Notes: generated from the letters alone by a model not told the origin. A stretch of DNA of 64,000 nt from Felis catus (GCF_018350175.1 NC_058369.1:21888001-21952000); one strand, 5' to 3'; positions 1 through 12,333 are shown, counted from the first letter of the stretch. Translations and numbers: made by a program.

Positions 1-320
1 TCTATTAAAAAGTATACAACGCAGTGGTTTTCAGTTTATTCCCAAAGATGTGCGGTCACCAGCACTATTTAATCCCATAACATTTTCATCACCCCGCAAA
101 AGGAAGCTCACATCCGTTAGTAGTTACTCTCCTCCCCCCCCCCCCCCCTTTCTGGTAACTACTAATCTACCTTCTGAATCTATGGATTTGTCTGCTCTGG
201 ACATTTTTGGCATTCCATATATAATATCCATATTCTGGACATCCCATAAATGGAATCCTATAATATGTGGCCTTTGGTGACTGGCTTCTCTTACTTACAC
301 TGTTTTAAAAGTTTCCTCCA
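1..320 (-). mobile_element. Old L1 (L1MB-like) 3' UTR fragment
   Basis: Antisense L1M 3' UTR motifs (ctggtaactactaatctaccttctg..tatggatttgtctgctctggacattt..tggaatcctataatatgtggcctttggtgactggcttctc). Confidence 0.75.
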
Positions 321-981
321 TGGTGCGATCCTCATACTGATTTATCAGGAGCACTTGACATGATGACCATTTTTCTTTTTCTTTTGACTTCTGGAGCAAC
401 TTCCTTCTTATGTTCCTCCGGCCACATCTTTCAGCCTCCTTAAATGCTTCTTCCTCCTTATCTTTCAGTCTCTCTTAACGTGGGTAAGCCCCAGGGCTCA
501 GGCATCAGACCTCTTCTCTTCTTTATGCCTCCTCCCCAGGGCCTTCATCCAGTCTCGTGGGTTTACATCCCATACATGCCATCAACTCCTAAGCTGGTAT
601 CCCAGCCTGGACTTTCCTCTGAATTCCAGCGCTGTATCCTCATCTCTCCCTGGGTCTCTAGCATACATCGCAAAAGCAATGTGTCACCACACCGCCTGCC
701 TTCCAATGTGTTCCTCCCACTGCCTTCGCTCTAGTTGCTCAGACCCAAAATTTGATAGGCCTGTGCTTGACTTTATTTTTCTCACCTCCACACTGCATCT
801 ATGAGCAAATCCTGCTGGCCTTTCCTTCAAAACTCATCCAGAATCCAGCTCCTTCTCATGACCTTCATAGCTAAGCCCTCCTGGTCCAAGCCCTGTTGGC
901 CTGTTGGATAATTGCAGTAAACTCCTGACTGGTGTCCCTGCTACCTCCCTCATAGTATATTATTAGAAGCTCAAGGGATCG

Positions 982-1218
982 TTTTATTTTATTTTTTTTA
1001 AAGCTTTTTTCTTAATGTTTTGTTTATTTTTGTGAGAGCGAGCAAACATGCACGCGTGAGCGTGGGAGGGGCACAGAGAGAGGGAGACACAGAATCTGAA
1101 GCAGCTCCAGGCTGAGCTGTCAGCACACAGCCTGATGCGGGGCTCGGACTCACCAGCCATGAGATCATGACCTGAGTCAAAGTCGGACGATTAACCGACT
1201 GAGTCACCCAGGCACCCC
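982..1218 (-). mobile_element. CanSINE (SINEC_Fc-like)
   Basis: T-rich tail at left, GA tract, ends gagtcacccaggcacccc; TSD agggatc(g/a)tttta. Confidence 0.95.
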
Positions 1219-1880
1219 ACCAGGGATCATTTTAAAGTACAAGTCAGATCATATGTCTCTTCTGTTCAAAATTGTTCAGTGGATCCCTATGTTAATTAGA
1301 ATAAAAGCCAAATGTTTTACAGTGTCTTACAAGCCCTACATGATGAGCCCTCCCCTTACCCCATCACACTAACCACCTGCTACTCTCCACCTTGATTTCT
1401 TGGATTCAGCTGCACTGGATTCCTTGCCATTCTTCCTTCATATACAACAAAATGTTTTCATCTCAAGGCTTCTGCACTTTCTGTTTTCTGCCTAGAATGC
1501 TCTTCCTCCAGATGTCTCAGTTCCTCATCTGTTAGTTCTGTGTTTACATGTCACCTAATGAATGAAGCCCACTCTGACCACACTATTTAAAATAGCAACT
1601 TGCACCCAACTCTCTCTCCACATTCCCTATGCCAATTTCTCTGCTTTTCTTTTTTTCTAAAATACTTGCCTACTGGCACATACATATACATGTAAGCATT
1701 TGCAGCCACTCATGCACACATTTTCCACCTATGTACATGTATAGCACACACATGCCCACATTTTTGCACATGTGCATACGTGTATGCATACACATACACC
1801 TAATTGTTTACGTGTCCATTTGCCTATCTTCCCCATCAGAATGTAAGCTTTGTGGATACAGCAACTTAATTTTCTTCCTT

Positions 1881-2323
1881 TCTTTTTTTATATTAAATAT
1901 AATTTATTGTCAAATTGGTTTCCATACAACCCCCAGTGCTCATTCCAACAGGTGCCCTCCTCCATGCCCATCACCCACTTTCCCCTCTCCCCCACCCCCT
2001 ATCAACCCTCAGTTTGTTCTCAGTGTTTAAGAGTCTCTTATGGTTTGCCTCCCTCCTTCTCTACCTTTTTTCCCCCTCTTCCCCTCCCCCATGGTCTTCT
2101 GTTAAGTTTCTCAGGATCCACATATGAGTGAAAACATATGGTATCTGTCTTTCTCTGCCTGACTTATTTCACTTAGCATAATACCCTCCAGTTCCATCCA
2201 TATTGCTACAAAAGGCCATATTTCATTCTTTCTCATTGCCAAGTAGTATTCCATTGTATATACAAACCACAACTTCGTTATCCATTCATCAGTTGATGGC
2301 TCTTTCCATAACTTGGCTACTGT
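1881..2323 (-). mobile_element. 5'-truncated young feliform L1 (ORF2 end + 3' UTR)
   Basis: L1_Fc-like 3' UTR (aatttattgtcaaattggtttccatacaac..cagtgctcat); flanking repeat tacagcaacttaatttt(c/a)ttcctt at 1857-1880 and 2324-2347. Confidence 0.93.
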
Positions 2324-2977
2324 TACAGCAACTTAATTTTATTCCTTGTTGTACTCCCAGTGCCTAGAATAGTGCTTGGCATATTGTAGGCTCTCAAAAT
2401 ATTTTCATTGAGCAGAATGAATAAACTGTCTATATACTTCATCTTCCTCGCAGAGACATGTGGCAAAAACAGAAACTTCAAAGCATGATTTTGGTTGCCT
2501 TCTGCTTGATGTGAAGTGGTAGGGGTCCTCTGTTTCTTTGCCGAACTTAGGCTGGTCAGGGATGACAGAGTCCTTCTGAGCTCTGGGCCAACAGTGATTC
2601 CTACTGGACCTTCAAGTAGCACATATCCCCCCTTTGATCTCCTGCAGTCCTTGGGGAGTCAATATTTATGCCCATCCATGAGCCTGGCAGAGAGCCTTCC
2701 TGCCCTCAAGATGTGCGATGCTTGGCTTTTGGGTAGAGATGCCAAACAAAGACAGGAAGATTAGTTTTTGGGCTAGGGATTTCTTCCAAAAGCCTAATGT
2801 GATAGAAGTGCCATCACAAAGGCTGACACACATAAAGAGCTTGAAAACTGGTTTGAACAATTCTGCTGGCTACAAGTAGAGATGATAAGAAATTCTAAAT
2901 GTAGTCTCAAACAATTAGACTTTCAGAATTAGAAGGGCATTTCTGGTCCTCACTCCTTCACTCCTTCCCCTCCTGTC

Positions 2978-3048
2978 CCTTCCTTCCTTCCTTCCTTCCT
3001 TCCTTCCTTCCTTCCTTCCTTCCTTCCTTCCTTCCTTCCTTCCTTCCT
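2978..3048. repeat. (CCTT)n microsatellite
   Basis: Direct inspection. Confidence 0.97.
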
Positions 3049-3524
3049 CAAATGGAACACCAAGGGCTAAAGAAATGAAGCAAATACCCAGGGTCACACA
3101 GTTAATGGCAGAGTCAGAGCCAAATTCAGGTTTCATGATTCTCAATCTTTGGAATACATAATGCTGCCTTCCCAGTAAACAAAGAAATAGTCAGGAAAAT
3201 GGTCAATTAAATTATCTTGGAGAAGGTGAACCTTAGCTCTCAAGAAGCTCAGTGCCAGTAGACAAGTAGCTGAAGTATCACCCAAGAGATGGAGAAATGA
3301 GCATTTCTTGGTCTATAACCACTCTAAGGTTTCCAGCTTATCTCTCTAATTTTGTAAATTTCTTCCCAGGCAATTTAACTTTAGCTCAAATCATTATTTA
3401 GTCATTTGCTTGCATAGAGCATATATTTTTCTATGGGGAAGAGGGAACAGAGAGGGTCCCAAGGAAAATGCATTATTTAAAAAATTACTACAAAAAATGT
3501 AATGTACATAACACAATAAAAATA

Positions 3525-3700
3525 ATAACAGCCAACATTTTTAAGCATATTATGTATAACAGATGGTATTATTCCTCTTCATACATTATCATATCTAATC
3601 TTCATAACCTATGAGGTAGGTATACCATCATCTCCATATTACAGAGGCAACTGTTGAGTCTAGAAGAGGTTAGGTAACTGGGATTGAGTTTTTCAGTCTT
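3525..3700 (-). mobile_element. MIR fragment
   Basis: taatcttcataacctatgaggtaggtataccatcatctccatattacagagg MIR core. Confidence 0.65.
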
Positions 3701-3908
3701 AAAATATACCATTAATATTGTATCAATGGGCAGTTCTTTTGCCATTCACATACCCTTTGCCTCTCTATGGCTTAGAGGTGTGGGAGTATATCAGTCTATA
3801 CAAAGTTTCTGTTTTGCTTTTTTTCCCCACATTAGTGGTTTCTGGTAGTAGGACAATATATTATAGTTATGTAGATTTGGACATACAAATAATTATAGAT
3901 AATACATG

Positions 3909-3910
<2 letters not shown>

Positions 3911-3977
<67 letters not shown>
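3911..3977. repeat. Compound (AT)n(AC)n microsatellite
   Basis: Direct inspection. Confidence 0.97.
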
Positions 3978-4191
3978 ATTTGGAACACTCATTCTCAATC
4001 AGGGCACACAGATTCTCCAAAAAAGCTCCTTTGAATCTAGGATTGGACTCTGGTAACTACATTCTAAACCGTTATGCTATAGAAGATAAAACTAGAATAT
4101 ATTTTGTGTGTTTTCTTTATGTTTTTATAACACTTATAGTAGAAGAGCTTTGGCATAACAGTTGTCTTACCTAAATCAAAATATCATTTAG

Positions 4192-4400
4192 TTTTATTTA
4201 TTTATTTTAAAAAATTTATTTGGAGATAAAGATAGAGAGTGTGAGCGGGGGAAGGGCAGAGAGAGAGGGAGAGAGAGAGAATCCCAATAGGCTCTGCACT
4301 GGCATTGTGGAGCCTGACATGGGGCTCAAATCCATGAACTGCGAGATCATGACCAGAGCTGAAGTCAAATGCTTAACTGACTGAGCCACCCAGGTGCCCC
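4192..4400 (-). mobile_element. CanSINE
   Basis: Ends gagccacccaggtgcccc; flanking aaaatatcat repeat. Confidence 0.95.
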
Positions 4401-4499
4401 AAAATATCATATAATAAAATGACATTTTACAAAGCTATAAAACTCATAGCAGGAAACATAGTTGTAAACCTATGATGGTGGAACAGGCAATGGTTTCTT

Positions 4500-6685
4500 T
4501 TCTTTTCTTTTTTCTTTTTTAATTTATTTATTGTTTAAATTACATATAAGTTAGTTAGCATATAGTGCAACAATGATTTCAGGACTAGATTGCTTAATGC
4601 CCCTTACCCATTTAGACCATCCCTCCTCCCACAACCCCTCCAGCAACCCTCTGTTTGTTCTCTATATTTAAGAATCTTTTATGTTTTGTCTCCCTCCCTG
4701 TTTTTATATTATTTTTGCTTCTCTTCTCTTATATTCATCTGTTTTGTATCTTAAAGTCCTCATATGAGTGAAGTCATATGACACTTCTCTTTCTCTGACT
4801 GACTAATTTCACTTAGCATAACACCCTCCAGTTCCATCCACGTAGCTACAAATGGCAAGATTTCCTTCTTTTTGATTGCTGAGTAATACTCCATTGTATA
4901 TATATCCCATATATTCTTTATCCATTCATCTGTCAATGGACATTTGGGCTCTTTCCATACTTTGGCTATTGTCAATAGTGCTGCTATAAACATTGGGGTG
5001 CATGTGCCCCTTTGAAACAGAACACCTGTATCCCTTGGATAAATTCCTAGTAGTGAAATTGCTGGGTCATAGGGTCATTCTATTTTTAATTTTCTGAGGG
5101 ACGTCCATACTGTTTTCCAGCATGGCTGCACCAGTTTGCATTCCCACCAGCAGTGCAAAAGAGATCTCTTTCCCTGCATCCTTGCCAGCATCTGTTGTTG
5201 CCTGAGTTGTTAATGTTAGCCATTCTGACAGGTGTGAGGTGGTATCTCATTGTGGTTTTGATTTATATTTCCCTGATGATGAGTGATGTGGAGCATTTTT
5301 TCATGTGTCGGTTGGCCATCTGGATGTCTTCTTTGGAGAAGTGTCTATTAATGTCTTTTGCCCATTTCTTCACTGGGTTATTTGTTTTTTGGGTGTTGAG
5401 TTTGATAAATTCTTTATAGATTTTGTATCCTAACCTTTTATCTGATATGTCATTTGCAAATATCTTCTCCCATTCTGTCAGTTGCCTTTTAGTTTTGCTG
5501 ATTGTTTCCTTCACTGTGATGAGGTCCCAATAATTCATTTTTGCTTTCATTTCCCTTGCCTTCCCTTGTGTTGAGTAAGAAGGTGCTGCAGCCAAGCCGC
5601 TCTGGAAAACAGTGTGGAGGTTCCTCAAAAAATTAAAAATAGATCTACCCTATGACCCAGCAATAGCACTGTTAAGAATTTACCCAAGGGATACAGGAAT
5701 GCTGATGCATAGGGGCACTTGGACCCCAATGTTTATAGCAGCACTTTCAACAATAGCCAAATTATGGAAAGAGCCTAAATGTCCATCAACTGATGAATGG
5801 ATAAAAAAGTTGTGGTTTATATATACAATGGAATACTACTTGGCAATGAGAAAGAATGAAATATGGCCTTTTGTAGCAATGTGGATGGAACTGGAGAGTA
5901 TTATGCTAAGTGAAATAAGTCAGGCAGAGAAAGACAGATACCATATGTTTTCACTCTTACGTGGATCCTGAGAAACTTAACAGAAGACCATGGGGGAGGG
6001 GAAGGGGAAAAAAGTTACAGAGAGGGAAGGAGGTAAACCATAAGAGACTCTTAAAAACTGAGAATAAACTGAGGGTTGATGGGGGGTGGGAGGGAGGGGA
6101 AAGTGGGTGATGGGCATTGAGGAGGGCACCTGTTGGGGTGAGCACTGGGTGTTATATGGAAACCAATGTGACAATAAATTTCATATTAAAAAAAAAAGAA
6201 GTTGCTGCAGCCAAGTTCAAAGAGGCTTTTGCCTGCTTTCTCCTCGAGGATTTTAATGGTTTCCTATCTTACATTTCGGTCTTTCATCCATTTTGAGTTT
6301 ATTTTTCTTGTGGTGTAAGAAAGTGGTCCAGGTTCATTCTTCTGCATGTCGCTGTCCAGTTTTCCCAGCACCAGTTGCTGAAGAGGCTGTCCTTATTCCA
6401 TTGGATACTCTTTCTTGCTTTGTCAAAGATTAGTTGACCATATGTTTGTGGGTCCATTTCTGGGTTTTCTATTCTGTTCCATTGATCTGAGTGTCTGTTT
6501 TTGTGCCAGTACCATACTGTCTTGATGATTACAGCTTTGCAACATGTCTTGAAGTCCGGGAGTGTGATGGCTCCGGCTTTGATTGCTTTGGCTCTTTGGG
6601 GTCTTTTCTGGTTTCATACAAATTTTAGGATTGTTTGTTCTAGCTCTGTGAAGAATTCTGGTGTTATTTTGATAAGGGATTGGGA
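4500..6685 (-). mobile_element. 5'-truncated feliform L1 (ORF2 C-terminal region + 3' UTR), interrupted by another L1
   Basis: ORF2 peptides on - strand (MFIAALLTIAKVWKEPKCP..; [20 protein letters not shown]..); TSD caatggtttctt at 4488-4499 and 6686-6697. Confidence 0.95.
5597..6195 (+). mobile_element. 5'-truncated young feliform L1 nested in the - strand L1
   Basis: ORF2 C-terminus open to its stop ([34 protein letters not shown]), aataaa and A tail; 20-bp TSD aagaag(g/t)tgctgcagccaag at 5577-5596 and 6196-6215. Confidence 0.96.
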
Positions 6686-6757
6686 CAATGGTTTCTTAAA
6701 TATGATACCCAAAGCATAAGTAACCAAAGAAAAATAGATTAAATGAATTTAAAATAA

Positions 6758-6759
6758 AT

Positions 6760-6798
<39 letters not shown>

Positions 6799-6805
6799 TT
6801 TTGAA

Positions 6806-6839
<34 letters not shown>

Positions 6840-6962
6840 TCCCAGGCAGACTTGGCACCATCAGCACAGAGTCTATGTGGGGCTCAAAGTCACAGTGAGA
6901 TCATGACCTGAGCAGAAACCAAGAGTTGGACGCTTAACCAACTGAGCCACTCAGGCGCCCCC
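6758..6962 (-). mobile_element. CanSINE
   Basis: (TTTA)n tail, GA tract, ends gagccactcaggcgcccc. Confidence 0.95.
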
Positions 6963-7141
6963 GATAAAATGAACTTTTTAAAAATTAAAAACTTCTATGC
7001 ATCTAAGGACACTACTGATAAAGTAAGAAGACAATCCACAGAATGAGAGAAAACATTTGCAAATCTTGTATCTGATAAGGGTCTAGTATCTAAGATATAT
7101 AAGGAACTCTTACAACTCAATAATAAAAAATAATCCAATTT

Positions 7142-7355
7142 ATTTATTTATTCATTTTTAAATGTTTATTTATTTTGAGAGAGAGAGAGCATGAGCAGAG
7201 GAGGAGCAGAGAGAGAGGGTGAGAGAATCCCAAGCCGGCTTTGCACTGTCAGCACAGAGCCTGAAGCGAGGCTTGATCCCACGAACGGTGAGATCGTGGC
7301 CTGAGCCAAAATCAAAAGTTGGATGCTTAATTGAGTGAGCCATCCAGGTGCCCCC
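7142..7355 (-). mobile_element. CanSINE
   Basis: TSD aaataatccaattt on both sides. Confidence 0.95.
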
Positions 7356-7387
7356 AAATAATCCAATTTGAAAATAAGCAAAGGTTC

Positions 7388-7462
7388 AGGGACGCTTGTG
7401 CTGTCCCTGTCAGCACAGAGCCTGCTTGGGATTCCCTCTCCCTCTTTCTCTGTCTCTCCCCT

Positions 7463-7507
<45 letters not shown>

Positions 7508-7523
7508 ATAAATAAACATTAAA
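7388..7523 (+). mobile_element. Internally deleted CanSINE
   Basis: Starts gggacgcttg then jumps to the 3' half; (CT)n and A tail; TSD aaaataagcaaagg(t/a)tcag. Confidence 0.88.
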
Positions 7524-8699
7524 AAAATAAGCAAAGGATCAGAATAGACATTTCTCCAAAGTAGATATACAAATAGCTAATGAAAGCAGGAAAAGATGCT
7601 CACCATCTTTACCATTAAGAAAATAAGTCAAAAACACAATGAGATACCACTTCATACCCACCAGGATGACTATAGTAGTAACAACAACAGAACAATGGAA
7701 AATGACAAGTGCTGGTGAGGACATGGAGAAATTGGAACCTTTACCCCCTGCTGGTGGGAACGTAAGATCAGGCAGCCGCTTTGGGAAACATGCACTGGGA
7801 GCTTCTCAAAATGAGAGCTACCACTTGACCCAGCAATTCTGTTCCTAGGTGCATGCCAAAGAGAGCTGAAAACACATGTTTTCATACGAAAATAATCACA
7901 CGAGTGAACTTGTACATGAATGCTCATAGCCGCATTATTAATAGCCAAAGGGAGGAAACAACCCAAATGTCCATCAACTGATCAGTGGATAAACAAAGTG
8001 TGGTGAATGCACATGACATATTATTCAGCCAAAGAAGGAATGACACACATGTGGCAAATTGATGAGCCTGGACAACATGATGCTAAACGAGAGAAGCCAG
8101 ACGCTGAGGGCCACATAGCGTCTGAGTCCACTTACATGAATTGTCCGGAATAGGCAAGTCCGTAGAGACTGGCAGTAGGTTGGTGGTTGCCAGGGGCTGG
8201 GAGGAAGGGGGAGTCGGGAATAACTGCTAACAGATAAGGGGTTTCTTTTTTGCATAACGGAAAAGCTAGCCGGTTGCATCACGATGATGGATGTACAACT
8301 TCGTGAGTATATCACTGAAGCACACATTGTAAAATGATTACAATGGTGGATTTTAGGTTGTGTGAATTTTATCTCAATAAGAAATGACATTTTGCAGGCT
8401 TTAAGTGATACGTGTATTTGAATCATCTTATTTAAATTAGGTTTCTGTGCTCTTTCTTGCAAGCAAAGTTTGCTTTTTAAAATATTCCGTCGGGTTGATT
8501 TTGAGGCCCTGCCAAGTTGGGGTGAGGGCACGGGCTTTTTGAGTTGTATCAGGACCTGTATTATGGTTGTTTTGCCTCCACTCCCCCCCCCAGTTCATTT
8601 TACAGTAGCACTTTCAGAAGTGGGGTGGGGGAGACATACTCATCACTCAAGCTGGGTCTACCTAATGGCAAGACATTTGATGAACAGAATCTAAGAATC

Positions 8700-8920
8700 A
8701 AGCTGGAGAAAGCAGAAGTCAGGATTGCAGTTGCCTTTGGTGGGGAGAGGGGATGATTATGACTCGGAAGGAAACATGAGGGAGGTTTCTGCAGTTCTGG
8801 GGATGTTCACGTTTTTGATCGGGACGCCGTTTACACGAGTGTGTTCAATCTGTGAAAATTCATCCGGCGGTGTGCTTTTGATGTGAGCACCATTCTGTGT
8901 ATGTGTTATATTTGAATAAC
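8700..8920 (+). mobile_element. Old L1 (L1ME/MC-like) 3' end
   Basis: gaagtcaggattgcagttgcctttgg..tgtgaaaattcatc..tgtatgtgttatatttgaataa. Confidence 0.7.
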
Positions 8921-9374
8921 GAGTAAGCAATTCAGTTCGACCTCCAGATATGTGTGTATGACATCAACAAACTGGTGTGGTTAAATGGGGACTGCAGCTC
9001 ACTGAAGTGGCCTGCTGCTTTGGAGATGACTCCCAGCCACGGCCATTTCATAAGGTCTGTTTCCACGGGCTGGATCTGGTAGGTACCTTCTGAGGTCTGC
9101 ATCAGGGCCCTGTGTCCAAGGCAGTGAGTGTGTCCTCATCATCTCCTAACAATTGCTTTCAAGAGCAAGGTCATGGCTAACCTGTGGCTCCTTGCACTGG
9201 GGCCTGCTGGACCAGGTGCTGCTCTGAGTCAGGCAGGCACGGCCCCCTCCCTGCTAGGTCATCCATGTCAGACACCCAGAAGCTACCTACCATGTCCTTG
9301 CTCTTTCCATGTGGACCCAGAAATTTCCTTGTGGGTGCCACTACAAACTGATCTGACAGGCCTTCTAGGGGGCT

Positions 9375-9676
9375 CAGGCCCACAATCCCATATCCAAACT
9401 ACTTGGTGCCAGACGTCTTTCAGCATCTGGATTTTAAAACGGCGATACGTTGCATGTACCGTATATTATATAATATGGCCAGCACAGCCTGAGGCAGCTC
9501 TCTGTAATCAGACAATGATGAATATTTACAATGAAGTATGATAAAGATTACAAATGGTCTCATGTCAGTTCAGGCCAGGGCGTGCTGTCAAATGAGTTTG
9601 CATCAAACTTCAAAAAGTTTTTTTTGGTTTTCAGAGTTCCGGGATTTGGAATTGCTCAGGAGAGACCATGGATCTG
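9375..9676 (+). mobile_element. TcMar-Tigger MITE (MER46C-like)
   Basis: Begins caggcccacaatcccatatcc, ends ggtttttcagag-like..ggaattgc..ggatctg(ta); matches recalled MER46C layout. Confidence 0.72.
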
Positions 9677-10559
9677 TATCAGTCAATTTTACTTTGGAGT
9701 GAATGAGTCTCAGTTCTTTCTTGACAGAGGTTTTCATGGGCGAGGTGCTATGAGGGAAAGGTAGGGGGGAAGTGTGATGGGTGGGGAGGAATTTCACGGT
9801 GTGCCTGGGCTGTGCCTCTGGGTCAGTAAATGCAGGTGGAAAAGCAACCAGCAGATAACCTTGGTGAGGTGGGGCAGGGACGCATGGCACAATCCTGTTT
9901 GGGATTCTACTCTCCTCCATGACACCTGCTAAACTGTCAATGCTTGTTAACATTTCATTGATTCCCGCAGCACAGTGGGGCCTTCCTGGGGCGCTCAACC
10001 AGAGCCACAAGTATAACAAAATTTCTGGAGACTAATATTTATCTAAATGAAGTTAATTATAGGCATGATAAAGCTCACTTAGACATGTGTTTTGAAGAGA
10101 TTAGAATTGAATTCCCTGAATGAGAAGCAGGGGAAGCCTTTCCGGGAAAATTGATTTGCCATCATTTCTGCTAGTCATTCAACAGGATATAAGTTCACTG
10201 TGGAAATGACTTCTAAATGTCTCTTTTGAGGACTGTTTTTGGGGGCAGGAAGGGAAAAACAGACAAATCTCACCTCATATTGGGAAGGTGTCTCCCACGA
10301 CCCCAGACATGTTAATCTTGGTGTGAACTGTTGAAAAGGAGCAGTAAAGAGAGCGATGGTGAGGGATTGTTCATATGTGTCTACAGGCTGGAAGATGGTA
10401 GCCAATGGTGAGGGTGGTTTGTAAGCTGATTCTAATTGTGATACATTTCACTAAAATGTAACATTTTTAGGGTTATAGGACAACTTTAGAGATCTCTTCC
10501 TGTCACTCTCTTGCCACCTCTGTCATCTGCCTATCAGTATATTTCATTTTTATCCATTT

Positions 10560-11350
10560 AATAGACATTTGTCTAATAAGTGCTTTTTGTGGTCCTGGAG
10601 ATGCCACAAGTGTGTAGTAGGTGCTAGGAAAATAAAGCTGTTAGGACCTGGTCTTTGCCCTCTAAAGCCTATTGCCTGGCAAGGCAGACAAATACATTCG
10701 ATAGTCGTGTATGTGCAGTGGGGTAAGTTGAGTCCCGTGATAGAAGCATTTGTAGAGTGTCACGTGGCCCCGAGGAGGGGGATCTAAATCAACCTGTGCT
10801 AGTGGTGCTCAGAGAAAACTTCTTCTAGGAAAGGAAACTTTGCACGAACCTTTTCCTTGATGCTTACCAGTAGAAAAAGGTTAAGTAAAATACACAGATT
10901 GTGAATAGTTCACTGAATTTTCACAGATGCATGCATCCATGTAACTACCACCCAATTAAGATACAAGTCATTTTCCTCACTGTAGAAATTTTCTTTGTGC
11001 TTCCTTCCAGCCTGTACCCCACCCCCATCCACCTCTGCAGAGGCAATCAGATGAATTGTCTTTGGTCTAGGCATTGACAATAGAAAGGGGAAGAGGAAGG
11101 GGAATTCTATGGGGGGGGGGAAACAGTGTGCAAAGGCATGGACATGTGAGGAATTGTGACATATGGAAGGGACCTTCAGTCCTCTGGCATCGTATCAGCC
11201 GGGTGAGAGCATGTCGTCTCTGTTGGGTGGAAGTTTGACAGAGATGAAGCTAGGAGCCAGTTCATCAAGGGATGGGGAGCGAAGCAGTGTGATTTTCATC
11301 TTATTAAACAAAGGGGCATGGAAGGGTTTGGGGCAGGTAGTGGTAGTGGT
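10560..11350 (-). mobile_element. L2 fragments with a short old L1 piece (about 10880-11050)
   Basis: Antisense L2 motifs (gggaaacagtgtgcaaaggcatgg..). Confidence 0.5.
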
Positions 11351-11394
11351 ACTAAGACCAGTGTACTTTTTTTTCCCTAATTACAAAAGTAATT

Positions 11395-11403
11395 TTTTTC
11401 CTT

Positions 11404-11445
<42 letters not shown>

Positions 11446-11623
11446 TTGAGACAGTGCATGAACAGGGGCAGGGGTGGGGCAGAGGGAGAGGGAGAGAAAA
11501 TCCTAAACAGGCTTCACACTCAGATCAGAGCCCAGCTTGGGGCTCAATCCCACAACTGTGAGATTATGACCTGAGCCAAATCAAGAGTTGGATGCTTAAC
11601 GGACTGAGCCATCCAGGCGACCC
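11395..11623 (-). mobile_element. CanSINE with (GTT)n expanded in its tail
   Basis: (GTT)n about 11406-11444 followed by SINE body ending gagccatccaggcgaccc. Confidence 0.93.
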
Positions 11624-11629
11624 TCCAAT

Positions 11630-11868
11630 TTTTTTTATTGTGGTAAAATCAATACAACATAAAATTTACCATCTTAACCATTTTTAAGTGTACCGTTCAG
11701 TGGTATTAAATACATTATATTATTGTGCAACTGTCACTACCATCCATTTCCAGAACTCTTTTTATATTGTAAAGCTGAAACTCTACCCATTAAAAAATAA
11801 CTCCCCATTTCTCTCTACCCTTAGTCCCTGGAAACTATCATCCTACTTTCCACCTATGAATTTGATTA
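11630..11868 (-). mobile_element. Old L1 (L1MB-like) 3' end; further piece at about 12810-12890
   Basis: ttttattgtggtaaaa..catttttaagtgtaccgttcagtggtattaaatacatt. Confidence 0.8.
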
Positions 11869-11911
11869 TTTATTTATTTATTTATTTATTTATTATTAAT
11901 TATTATTTTTT

Positions 11912-12333
11912 ACTTTATTTTTAAAATATAATTTATTGTCAAATCAGTTTCTATACAATACCCAGTGCTCATCCCAACAAATGCCCTCCTCCATGCCCAT
12001 CACCCACTTTCCCCTCTCCCCCACCCCCCATCAGCCCTCAGTTTGTTCTCAGTCCTTAAGAGTCTCTTATGGTTTGCCTCCCTCCCTCTCTGTAACTTTT
12101 GTTTTTTCCCCTTCCCCTCCGCCATGGTCTTCTGTTAAATTTCTCAAGATCCACATGTGAGTGAAAACATATGGTATCTGTCTTTCTCTGCCTGACTTAT
12201 TTCACTCAGCATAATACCCTCCAGTTCCATCCATGTTGGTGCAAATGGCCCAATTTCATTCTTTCTCATTGCCAAGTAGTATTCCATTGTATATATAAAC
12301 CACATCTTTATCCATTCATCAGTTGGTTGATTG
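11912..12333 (-). mobile_element. 5'-truncated young feliform L1 inserted in a SINE tail
   Basis: Same 3' UTR family as 1881-2323; identical 20-bp TSD attattaattattatttttt at 11892-11911 and 12334-12353. Confidence 0.93.

Larger units (their letters stand above)
330..2425 (+). mobile_element. LINE-2 (L2a-like) 3' region, interrupted by a SINE and a young L1
   Basis: L2 motifs throughout and terminal cagtgcctagaatagtgcttggcatattgtaggctctcaaaatatttt..gaatgaataaa. Confidence 0.75.
4430..8385 (+). mobile_element. Old L1 (L1MB-like) ORF2 3' part + 3' UTR, hosting nested L1s and SINEs
   Basis: Degenerate ORF2 continuous across the insertions (..ggcaatggtttctt|aaatatgatacccaaagca..aagacaatccacagaatgagagaaaacatttgcaaat..acaacccaaatgtccatcaactg..tgtgaattttatctcaataa). 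Confidence 0.8.

Noticed and set aside
5612..5971. 119-aa ORF with clear protein similarity
   Set aside because: C-terminus of L1 ORF2 in a 5'-truncated copy; not a host gene and not autonomous. The same applies to 4760-4993, 5263-5628 and 51512-51745.
8025..8531. 168-aa - strand ORF
   Set aside because: Mostly antisense to an old L1 3' UTR; no coding signature.
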